Assembly (NCBI RefSeq): GCF_963921235.1
Contig: NC_086108.1
Span: 53,632,001-53,696,000 of the forward strand
Direction of reading: 5' to 3'
Source of the DNA: Mobula hypostoma
Lineage: Eukaryota
Length of the DNA stretch: 64,000 nucleotides
The notes under the pieces are model-generated. The model saw only the letters and a program-made list of their open reading frames with translations, searched no databases and had not been told where the DNA came from. The stretch's first letter is position 1. Each line of letters opens with the position of its first letter. Shown here in pieces: positions 1-10,024 of the stretch. A program made the translations under genes and the position numbers.

Positions 1-2050
1 GAGGAAGAAAGATCCTAAGGGGAATAAGGGGAGGCCGTGGCTGACAAGGGAAGTAATGGACAGTATAAAACTAAAAGAGAAGAAGTATAACATAGCAAAA
101 ACGTGTGGGAAGCCGGAGGATTGGCAAACTTTAAAGAGCAACAGAAGGTAACTAAAAAGGCAATACGTGGAGAAAAATGAGGTATGAAGGTAAACTAGCC
201 AAGAATATAAAGGAGGATAGTAAAAGCTTCTTTAGGTATGTGAAAAGGAAAAAAATAGTTAAGACCAAAATTGGGCCCTTGAAGACAGAAGCGGGTGAAT
301 TTATTATGGGGAACAAGGAAATGGCAGATGAGTTGAACAGGTACTTTGGATCTGTCTTCACTAGGGAAGACACAAACAATCTCCCAGATGTAATAGTGGC
401 CAAAGGACCTAGGGTAATGGATGAACTGAAGGAAATTTATATTAGGCAGGAAATGGTGTTGGATAGGCTGTTGGGTCTGAAGGCTGGCAGGTCCCCAGGA
501 CCTGTTAGTCTGCATCCCAGGGTACTTAAGGAGGTGGCTTTAGAAATCGTGGACGCATTGGTAATCATTTTCCAATGTTCTATAGATTCAGGATCAGTTC
601 CTGTGGATTGGAGGGTGGCTAATGTTGTCCCTCTCTTCAAGAAGGGAGGAAGAGAGAAAACAGGGAATTATAGACCGTTTAGCCTGACGACGGTGGTGGG
701 AAAGATGCTGGAGTCAATTATAAAAGATGAAATTACAACACATCTGGGTAATAATAACAGGATTGGTCCGAGTCAGCATGGATTTATTAAGGGGAAATCA
801 TGCTTGACTAATCTTCTGGAATTTTTTGAGGATGTAACTATGAAAATGGACAAGGGAGAGCCAGTGGATGTGGTGTACCTGGACTTTCAGAAAGCCTTTG
901 ATAAAGTCCCACATAGGAGATTAGCGGGCAAAATTAGAGCACATGGTATTGGGGGCAGAGTACTGACATGGATTGAAAATTGGCTGGCTGACAGAAAACA
1001 AAGAGTAACGATTAACGGGTCCCCTTCGGAATGGCAGGCGGTGACCAGTGGGGTACTGCAGAGTTCAGTGCTGGGACTGCAGCTGTTTACAATATATATT
1101 AATGATTTAGATGAGGGAATTAAAAGTAACATTAGCAAATTTGCCGATGACACAAAGCTGGGTGGCAGTGTGAAATGTGAGGAGGATGTTATGAGAATGC
1201 AGGGTGACTTGGACAGGCTAAGTGAGTGGACAGATGCAGTTTAATGTGGATAAATGTGAGGTTATCCACTTTGGTGGTAAGAACGGGAAGGCAGATTATT
1301 ATCTAAATGGAGTCAAGTTAGGAAAAGGGGAAGCACAATGAGATCTAGGTGTTCTTGTACATCAGTCACTGAAAACAAGCATGCAAGTACAGCAGGCAGT
1401 GAAGAAAGCTAATAGCATGCTGGCCTTCATAACAAGGGGAATTGAGTATAAGAGCAAAGAGGTCCTTCTGCAGCTGTACAGGGCCCTGGTGAGACCACAC
1501 CTGGAGTACTGTGTGCAGTTTTGGTCTCCAAATTTGAGGAAGGGCATTCTTGCTATTGAGGGAGTGCAGCGTAGGTTCACGAGGTTAATTCCCAGGATGG
1601 CGAGACTGTCATATGTCGAAAGATTGGAGCGACTGGGCTTGTATACTCTGGAATTTAGAAGGCTGAGAGGGGATCTTATTGAAACATATAAGATTATTAA
1701 GGGATTGGACACGCTGGAGGCAGGAAGCATGTTCCCGCTGATGGGTGAGTCCAGAACCAGAGGCCACAGTTTAAGAATTAGGGTTAGGCCGTTTAGAAAG
1801 GAGTTGAGGAAAAATTTTTTCACCCAGAGAGTGGTGGATATATGGAATGCTCTGCCCCAGAAGGCTGTGGAGGCCAAGTCTCTGGATGCTTTCAAAAAAG
1901 AGATGGATAGAGCTCTTAAAGATAGCAGTATCAAAGGTTATGGGGATAGGGCAGGAACTGGATACTGATAGTGGATGATCAGCCATGATCACAGTGAATG
2001 GCGGTGCTGGCTCGAAGGGCCGAATGGCCTACTCCTGCACCTATGTCTAT
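1..2050 (+). mobile_element. CR1-clade LINE (HER1-like), 3' two-thirds of ORF2 (reverse transcriptase) plus 3' UTR; inactivated
   Basis: ORFs 177-1244 and 1381-1968 carry CR1 RT motifs (NYRPFSLT, SQHGF, YLDFQKAFDKVPH, KFADDTKL, YRALVRPHLEYCVQFW, FFTQRVVDIWNALP). Frameshift near 1240 and in-frame TGA at 1339-1341. CR1-type tail GGGCCGAATGGCCTACTCCTGC at ~2017-2040. Confidence 0.95.
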
Positions 2051-3085
2051 TGAAAGATTGAATAGGTTGGAACTTTATTCCCTAAAACATAAAAGATTGA
2101 GGGGAGATTTTGGCCTAAAGACATTTGGCCTGTCCCCTAAAACCCTCACTAATTTTTATAGATGCACCATAGAAAACATTCTTCTTGGTTGTATCACAAC
2201 CTAGTCTGGAAGTTGTCCTGTCCAAGACCGAAAGAAGCTGCAGAAGATCGTGAACACGACGCAGCACATCACACAAACCAATCTTCCATCCTTGGACTCA
2301 CTTTACACTGCGCGCTGTCGGAGCAGTGCTGCCAGGATAATCAAGGACACGACCCACCCAGCCAACACATTTCTCGTCTCTCTTCCCTCCAGAAGAAGGT
2401 TCAGGAGCTTGAAGACTCTCACGGCCAGATTTGGGAACAGCTTCTCTCCATCTGTGATAAGACTGCTGAATGGATCCTGACCCGGATCTGGGCCGTACCC
2501 TCCAAATATCCGGACCTGCATCTCAGTTTTTTTTGCACTACCTTACTTACCATTTTTCTATTTTCTATTTATGATTTATAATATAAATTTTTAATATTTA
2601 CTATCGATTTGTAATCCAGGGAGCGGGAAGCGCAGAATCAAATATCGCTGTGATGATTGTACGTTCTAGTATCAATTGTTTGGCGACAATAAAGTATAAA
2701 ATAAAGTAAAGATTTGATTAAGGTGTACAAAATTATGAGGGTATGGATAGGGTAAATGCAAGCAGGCTTTTTCTGCTGTGGTTGGGTGAGACTACAACTA
2801 GAGGTCATGTGTTAAGGGTGAAAGGTTGAAAGTTTATGGGGAACATGAAGGGAAACTTCTTCACTCAGAGGGTGGTGAGAGTGTGGAATGAGCTGCCAGC
2901 GCAAGCAGTGAATGCGATTTCAATTCCAATATCTAAGAGAATGTCGGATAGGTACATGGGTGGGAGTGGTATGGAGGGCTATGGTCTGGGTGCAGGTCAA
3001 TGGGACTAGGCAGTTTAAACAACTTGACATGGACTGGATGGCCTGAGGGCCTGTTTCTATGCTGTAGTTTTCTATAACTATGAAA
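2051..3085 (+). mobile_element. CR1 3' fragment split by a Rex1-like insertion
   Basis: ERLNRLELYSL..RLRGD at 2051-2110 resumes as (D)LIKVYKIM..FFTQRVVRVWNELP after 2711; CR1-type tail near 3040-3085. Confidence 0.85.
2111..2709 (+). mobile_element. Rex1/Babar-clade LINE, 5'-truncated 3' end
   Basis: LKTFGLSPKTLTNFYRCTIENILLGCIT and ...NSFSPSVIRLLN are Rex1-type C-terminal motifs; AATAAAGTA-like tail; flanked by AGATTT direct repeat (2105-2110, 2710-2715). Confidence 0.8.
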
Positions 3086-3299
3086 ATAAGACAAAAAGAT
3101 GTTCGTTAGAACATGTACCCCATTATGTCATGTTCATTCTCCTGTTGTGCAGGCAATCCTGGAAGGCAGTCATAAGACTTGGAACATCTGAGAGGTTGGT
3201 TAAGTCTGCTATAAACAATTTAAACCATCCACCTGTTAAGCAACACCCTTTCTCATATTGGAAACCAGTCCACCCATTCACAAGTGTCATCTCTAAAAC

Positions 3300-3995
3300 T
3301 TCTGCTCATGGCTTTCCGCAGGGCAGGTCATGTCTTACAAATGTAGTTAAGTTTTTTTGTGGAGGTGTCCAAGGTGATTGATGAGGGTAGGGCAGCAGAT
3401 GTTGTCTATATGGACTTGGCATTTGACTAGGTCTGTCATGCTGGGCTGATCCAGAAGTATAGGATACATGAAATCCATGGCGCCTTGTCAAACTGGATTC
3501 AGAATTGGCTAGCCCTTAGCAGACAGAGGGTGTTATTCTGGTTGGATGTTTGTGAACGGTAATGTTCTACAGGGACCGGTACTGGGGCCTCTGTTGTTTA
3601 TGGGCAAACGTGGCTTGTTTTCTGGGGAATGTGAGAGCCAAAGGGGGGCCTGCTAGAGGGAGTTATATGATCACAAGAGGCACAGATATGGTAGGCAGAA
3701 TCTTTTTCCTCGGCTCAAGGCAAAAGGGAGAAAGTTTAAAGGAGATGTCTGGGGCAAGTTTTTTTTCCCACCCGGAGAGTGGTAGGTCCCAGGAATGGGC
3801 TGCTGGAAATAGTGGTAGAAGCAGATACATTAGTGGCATTTAAAGGGCTGTAAGATAGACACACGGTTTGGCAAGGAATGGAAGGATACGGATCATGTCC
3901 AGGCAGAACAGAATTAGTTTGGCATTATGTTCAGCCCAAACATTATTGGCCAAAGGGCCTGTTCCTGTCTTGTACTGTTCTATGTCCAATGTTCT
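3300..3995 (+). mobile_element. Heavily degraded, internally deleted CR1 LINE remnant
   Basis: HGF..GRSCLTN motif at ~3307 and CR1-type tail (GGCCAAAGGGCCTGTTCCTGT) near 3950-3990. Confidence 0.7.
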
Positions 3996-4457
3996 ATCTC
4001 GAGCCTGTTTAGAATATACAAATGTCAGCAGACTTCTTACTGCTTACAACCACGACTGGTTTCCTTTCATGATCTTACATGATAATCCTTCGTTATGTGA
4101 GGCACTTGGTCAAATGGCATGGAAGCAACACAAACCTTCACAGTGAACCTGCGCTGACAATGGATAACAAGCCTGAGTGTGACTAACTCACACTCCTACC
4201 CCGACTTCAGGGCCTCTGCAGGCTCTGGACATTCTTCAGCATTCTAACTTTAAAGGAGATCTTGCTCTTATACCCAACTTTGGCCTTAGTCAAGAATTTA
4301 GTTTGCATACCTATCTGAAGCCACAACATATAATTCATTCAGAACTTGCCACTGCGCTGACAGATTTGTTTATTTTGCAGTGACACACAGGTGAAATTTT
4401 GCTCCCACCCGCTGGACCTGTCATTAATATACAGAATCACAGTTAAAGTCTCATTCT

Positions 4458-4626
4458 AACAACAGGAGTTCTGCAGATGCTGGAAATTCAAGCAACACAC
4501 ATCAAAGTTGCTGGTGAACGCACCCTTCATCCTGACGAAGGGTCTCGGCCTGAAACGTCGACTGTTCCTCTTCCTAGAGATGCTGCCTGGCCTGCTGCGT
4601 TCACCAGCAACTTTGATGTGTGTTGC
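4458..4626. mobile_element. Penelope-like element (PLE) mini-insertion with inverted ends and a hammerhead motif
   Basis: Perfect 15-bp TSD TTAAAGTCTCATTCT (4443-4457, 4627-4641); perfect 33-bp inverted repeat 4490-4522/4596-4628; sequence shared with the PLE ends at 6.2, 15.6 and 62.2 kb. Confidence 0.85.
4528..4563 (+). ncRNA. Minimal type I hammerhead ribozyme motif (PLE-type), core intact, stem I weak
   Basis: CTGACGA (4532-4538), stem II AGG/CCT, GAAA (4552-4555), CGTC with predicted cleavage after 4559; stem I pairs only TC/GA. Confidence 0.6.
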
Positions 4627-4701
4627 TTAAAGTCTCATTCTCTTGTATTTCATTTACTGTTAAAAACACTAAAACAGACAAGTGCTGGCATACACTTATT
4701 T

Positions 4702-5205
4702 TAGATTAGATTTTTATATTTTTAGATTATGAGGACACTCAGTCCTCATTTGTTGTCATTTAGAAATGCATGCATTAAAAAATGATACAACATTCCTCCA
4801 GAATGATATCACAAGAAAACACAGGACAAACCAAGACTAAAACTGACAAAACCACATAATTATAACATATAGTTACAACAGTGCAAAGCAATACCTTAAT
4901 TTGATAAAAAGCAGACCATGGGCACGGTAAAAAAAAGTCTCAAAGTCCAGACCTCATCATCCCACATAGGCGACAGAAGGGAGAGACTCTCTCGCCATGA
5001 ACCTCCAAGCGCCGCAAACTTGCTGATGCAGCACCATTGGAAGCACCCGACCACAGCGGACTCTGAGTCCGTCCGAAAACTTCGAGCCTCCGACCAGCCC
5101 CTCTGACACAGCCTCTCCGAGCACTTCGACCCCGCCCTGGCCGCCGAGCAACAAGCAAAGCCGAGGACTCGGGGCCTTCCCCTCCGGAGATTCTGGACCA
5201 CACAG
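4702..5205 (-). mobile_element. Probable LINE 3' UTR fragment (family uncertain)
   Basis: Short simple-repeat tail (TTAGAT-like) at ~4702-4730 followed by a CpG-rich block that contrasts with the flanks; no coding motif recognised. Confidence 0.45.
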
Positions 5206-5664
5206 TTATTTTCTAATTGTTTTAAAACTTACTGCCGCTCGTGAAATAAAAAGGGGTACGCCTGGCAAAAAGAAACAAAATGACTAAAATACTGGATCAT
5301 TACCTTGCAGTTTAGTATTCAAGATAATGTATATTTGCTGATGCCCACACAAAGTTATTGTATAAAGAAGTTGTAGTTAGTTTCAAAGGCAGATTGGGCT
5401 ACTGAATCTGCGAGTATTCGTTCGGCCTATCACAATAAAAGGAATATTGGATTTATTAAGATTGTTACAGGATTTCAGATTAACTAATTTCTGATGACAG
5501 GCTTTAAATGAAACATTGTTTCTCTTTATAAATGCTGCATCAGTATTTCCAGCATTTCTGTTTTTACCTCAGATTTCCAGCATCTGAAGTATTTAGCTTT
5601 TGGGTCATTTATTTATCTACTTGTCAAGATCACTGAGACAGGACATCAAAGAAAATGGAAAGCA

Positions 5665-6280
5665 AGAATGTTGAACACCTACGCTCTGTCTGCCAGAGAA
5701 AGTAGGATCTCCCAGTGGCCACACATTTTAATTCCATGTCCCATGCCCATTCTGATATGGCTATCCACGGCCTCCTCTACTGTAAAGATGAAACCACACT
5801 CAGGTTGGAGGAACAACATCTTATATTTTGTCTGGGTAGCCTCCAACATGATGGCATGAACATCGACTTCTCTAACTTCCGTTAATGCCCCTCCTCCCCT
5901 TCTTACCCCATCCCTTGTTTATTTATTTATTATTTTTTATTTTTTCCCCTTTCTTTCTCTCTCTTTTTTCTCCCTCTGTCCCTCTCACTATATCTTCCTC
6001 TGGTGCCCCCCTCCCCCTTTCTTTCTCCCTCAGCCTCCTGTCCCATGATCCTCTCGTATCCCTTTTGCCAATCAACTTTCCAGCTCTTAGCTCCATCCCT
6101 CCCTCTCCTGTCTTTTCCTATCATTTCGGATCTCCCCCTCCCCCTCCCACTTTCAAATCTCTTACTATCTCTTTTTTCAGTTAGTCCTAACGAAGGGTCT
6201 CGGCCCGAAACATCGACTGTACCTCTTCCTAGAGATGCTGCCTGGCCTGCTGTGTTCCACCAGCATTTTGTGTGTGTTGC
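5665..6280 (+). mobile_element. Penelope-like element 3' end: C-terminal part of the GIY-YIG endonuclease domain plus terminal repeat
   Basis: 5673-5885 reads EHLRSVCQRK*DLPVATHFNS..HGLLYC..LRLEEQHLIFCLGSLQHDGMNIDFSNFR*; then a pyrimidine-rich UTR and a mutated hammerhead (CTAACGA..GAAACATC, ~6183-6218). Confidence 0.85.
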
Positions 6281-6689
6281 ATACTATTAACCTTGAATCC
6301 ATTCTCATCACATGAACTATATACTAATAGGCAGAGAAAGAGAAAAAACTCTCTAGAAACTTACTTAGAGATTCCATAAGCTTGTCTAAGCCTGTTGAGC
6401 CAAAACCTGGCCACTGTAACCCCAGCCAACTCCAACAATGCTTAAACCTCACTTCTGTATATTGGCTCAAATAAAACTCACTCCCAACAAGACTTGTTTT
6501 TAAATAGCTCCCACTCTGCTCAGATCCTGATCTCTCACTAGTTGCTTCAAAGCATGACTTAAACTTTGAAATAAAAGAGACGTAGGATGTCAGAATAAAC
6601 TTTGAAATAAAAGTAAGCAAGATGTTAGAATTTAAAAAAGACCAATCATAAACTCAGAATGTCCCAAATGCCCTACAGCAAATGAAATT

Positions 6690-7062
6690 CACTGGAGTTT
6701 AGGATCTTATTGAACCTTTTGTATATTGAAAGGGCTGGAGTGGATGTGGAGAAATGTTTCCTATCGTGGGGGAGTCTAGGATAGAGAGCGCAACCTCGGA
6801 ATAGAAGGACCTCCCTTTAGAACAGAAATTAGGAGGAATTTCTTTAGCCAGAGGGTGGTGAATCTGTGGAATTTATTGCAACATTGGTTTTGTAGGCAAA
6901 GTCATTGGATATATTTAAAGCAGAGGTTTACAGGTTTTTGATTTGTAGGCATGTCAAAGGTTATGGGGAGAAGGTAGGAGAATGGGTTGACTGGGATAGT
7001 AAATCAGCCAGTAGACCCAATGGACCAAATAGCCGAATTCTACTCCTATCTCTTACGGTCTT
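6690..7062 (+). mobile_element. CR1 3' fragment
   Basis: RRNFFSQRVVNLWNLL and DIFKAEVYRFL motifs plus CR1-type tail. Confidence 0.8.
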
Positions 7063-7894
7063 TGAAGTGTGGTTATTCTTGCAGTGCAGTCAATTTTCTC
7101 CAAAACAGTGCCACAGTATATTTTACTGTTTCGTGAAAGAAGACCCCAGGTTAACACCCAGCAGTGTAAACATTTTCACAGTGGTGCACAGACTGTGAGC
7201 CTGGATGAAAGTGCTCACCTGCCAGACATGGTGCTTAGACCTACGACTTCTTGACTCCTAGATACCGGTCAGCAAGCCACTTCAGAAAACAGTGAGCAGT
7301 TAGGTATGTTTGATGGCGTCGTTTTTATGTTAGTACTAGGACATTGGTCCAAAGCCACATGTATCAGAAATACAGCATTCAAATCTACAGTAAGCATAGG
7401 CAATGAATGAAGCTTCCTGCAAGCAGCCCAGATTTATAATGTTGATGTTATAGAGTCAGATTGGAGGCAGTACTTAAGAGTAATAATTCAGGAGGCTATT
7501 CTTGCTATTTATTTCAATAAACAACTTGGGCACAGAAACAAGTTGGCAGTTTGTTAAATTTCAGACTAGTTAAGCTGTGAGTGCTGTTGGGAAGGGCAAC
7601 AGCTAAATAAATGCAGAAGGACTTCACTGGTGTTGCAAATGAACAGACATTTTGTGCGAACTTTGTAATACAGAGTATCAGAGAAAGTCTTGCAAAAGTT
7701 ATGGGAGAACTTTTCAGTGTTGAGTCAAACATTGGGGTGACCAAAAAGCACGTAAAGAGGCAGGAGAATTAATAAACAGCGCAGAACAAACCAACAGAGG
7801 CTGAAGTTTAATAACACTCTGGACAGTCTATGCCATCAGTTTTGTATATGTTTTAGTACACACTTGAAAAGGGATATTCATAAACGATGAGATA

Positions 7895-8285
7895 CTTCAG
7901 AGTAGAATGAGAGGAGACCTCACAGACAAGCACTGATTTCTTAAGAGGGTTTGACAGGGTAAAAACAGGGAGAAAATTTCCCCAACTAATGAGTCCAGAA
8001 CCAAGGATCACAGTCTCAAACTTAAAGGTAGGCCATTAAGGATGGAAATTAGAATAAATTTTGTCACTTGAGGTGGTTAACTTTTGGGATTTGCTTCCCC
8101 TGGAGAGCTATAGATGATCAGACATTCAACACTGACTTTGATAGACTATGGATTTGAGAGGAGTTAAGGGATATGAGGATGGTGCTGAGAATAGCAATCT
8201 GCTGAAATATCAGCCACGATCTTACTAAAGGGCAGAGGGACTAGGGACTACTGGCTGACCACAGCTTCTTCCTACCTTTCCTGTT
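7895..8285 (+). mobile_element. Degraded CR1 3' fragment
   Basis: RMRGDL, ESRTKDHSLKL motifs and decayed tail. Confidence 0.6.
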
Positions 8286-9399
8286 TGACCATGATCTCCT
8301 GACCAAACAAAACAACAGATGAAAAGTAAGATAAACTGCAAAGCATTTTTAATGGAAAAGTGCAAGTGTTTTTCTTCTGTGACCATAACACAATAATGAA
8401 CATTTCTGAGTCATTTCTTCTCAGAAATGTGATCATGGAACTCTGATCTGATTTCCACATCAGAGATGTATGGCAAAAGAACCAAAAGTGAAAAGAAGAA
8501 AATGTTTCTTTTTTTAGCGGAGTCAGTGGTCATGGTCTGGAATGTGCTGTAGGATCAGAAAGTACGGCCAGGTTCAGGGTAGTGGAGGAAGACTTAATTA
8601 TGTCTTTCAAAAGGGTTGAAAGAGCACTTGTGGGTTATACTGAGTAGGGCTATGTTAAATACTCCTGTAACACCCTGTCATGGACTCAAATTGCCTCTTA
8701 AGGGGCTGTAACCTTTCTGTGAATTTGCTGCTGTTGCATGCCTGTGGGGACATTATGCCCTGTGTAACAACTTTTGTTAACCTACTGCAGATGAACTTGG
8801 ACTACCCTGTTCTGGGGCATCCCTTGTTATAGGCACTCCCAGTAAAACTTCTTCAAACCGCAGCACCAAACTGAGACGTCTGTGAGGAAGCCGATTGTTT
8901 GCCAGCACGTCTTGGTCCTCCTCACCCCTCGCAGTGTACCTGTCACCTTGTCTGTCTGCAGCCCCTGACTCCCCACAATCCCACTTCAGCTTCTGATCCC
9001 TCTTCAGTTGTGATTCCCAGGCCTGCCTGCAGCCATATTTGCGGGACTTCTCTGAGCCCCAAGTGTTTAGTGAGTCCTTCCTGCTCTTCCAAGGCATAAA
9101 TCTATCTTTCTCATCCCCCACACATTAACAGTATTTCACTTTGCCCACACTCTGGCATCTCAGATATTCTGCACTGCATTCCAGACATTGTAGTGTGATG
9201 CTCTCATACCCTCATGAGGCAGTTCTAAAATAACCCCTCGAGGTTGTGCTGTAAATTTTTACCCCCTCCTGTGCCTACAAGGGATTTCAGTAATTTTATT
9301 ACCTCTAGGGTGGTTCTCTCTCTCTTTCCCTCTCCCTCTTTCTAATTCACCATCTCATGGGGCAGTTCTATAATGCCCTCCCACCCACGTGTGGCTTCT

Positions 9400-9416
9400 C
9401 TCTCTTTCTGACGCGG

Positions 9417-9447
<31 letters not shown>

Positions 9448-9918
9448 ATCGGTCTCTGCCTCTCTGCTTCTCCAACTCACGCCCGCATTGGGATAGTCCT
9501 GTAGCACCCTCTCTCCCACAGAGTGTTGCTTTCTGCATCCCCTCTCAAGGGCCAATCCAGTAATACCGTACTCTCTTCCTGGCAGGGTAGCGCTGTCTGT
9601 CTGGAAGTGGTCCTGCCCTTCCCTCTGTGTCCACGTGGTGGCGGTAGGGAACTACTCTGCGGGCCGCTCCGCCCGGGCTCCTCGCTGTGGGAACGCAGTG
9701 TATCGCCACTCAGAGCGGACAGCAACCCGCGTACGGGTGGTCAGAAGTGATGCCGGAGTTTTCGCAGAGGATAAAGTAGCACCGGGCTTGAAGAGGCAGC
9801 AAGGGACACAGACAAAACTACCTCTCTTTTAGCAGCAACCTCGAGGGGAAACCTGAAGCGAGCGTGGATGCGACAAAAAGCAGCGGCGGACGGTGCAGTA
9901 AACTGAGGCTATCCGGCA
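9400..9918 (+). promoter_or_regulatory. CpG-rich promoter / 5' UTR of a host gene
   Basis: Marked local CpG enrichment not attributable to a recognised TE, GC box CCGCCC near 9669, lying directly upstream of a Kozak ATG and splice donor. Confidence 0.6.
9417..9447 (+). repeat. (TGTC)n microsatellite
   Basis: Run of TGTC units directly visible. Confidence 0.9.
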
Positions 9919-10024
9919 ATGGACCAACAAGGAGCGACAAACGGAGATCGCGGCAAGGCTGTGTGCTTTCAAACCGTTCTCTTCGTACTGGCATCCAACC
10001 TGGCGCTTCGGCACTTCGCCCACG
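9919..10024 (+). CDS. Probable first coding exon (signal-peptide-like) of an unidentified secreted or membrane protein
   Basis: GGCAATGG Kozak context; reads MDQQGATNGDRGKAVCFQTVLFVLASNLALRHFAH+G (106 nt = 35 codons + 1); donor ACG|GTAAGA at 10024/10025 (phase 1, typical after signal-peptide exons). Not in the ORF track because it is too short. Confidence 0.55.

Noticed and set aside
177..1968. Long RT ORFs as a host gene or retron-type system
   Set aside because: Standard CR1 ORF2 with a frameshift, a stop and a LINE tail.
4477..4704. Recurrent peptide PDEGSRPETSTVPLPRDAAWPA (also at 6.2, 15.6, 61.5, 62.2 kb) as a small-protein family
   Set aside because: Translation of the non-coding PLE terminal repeat/hammerhead; starts, stops and frames differ between copies.
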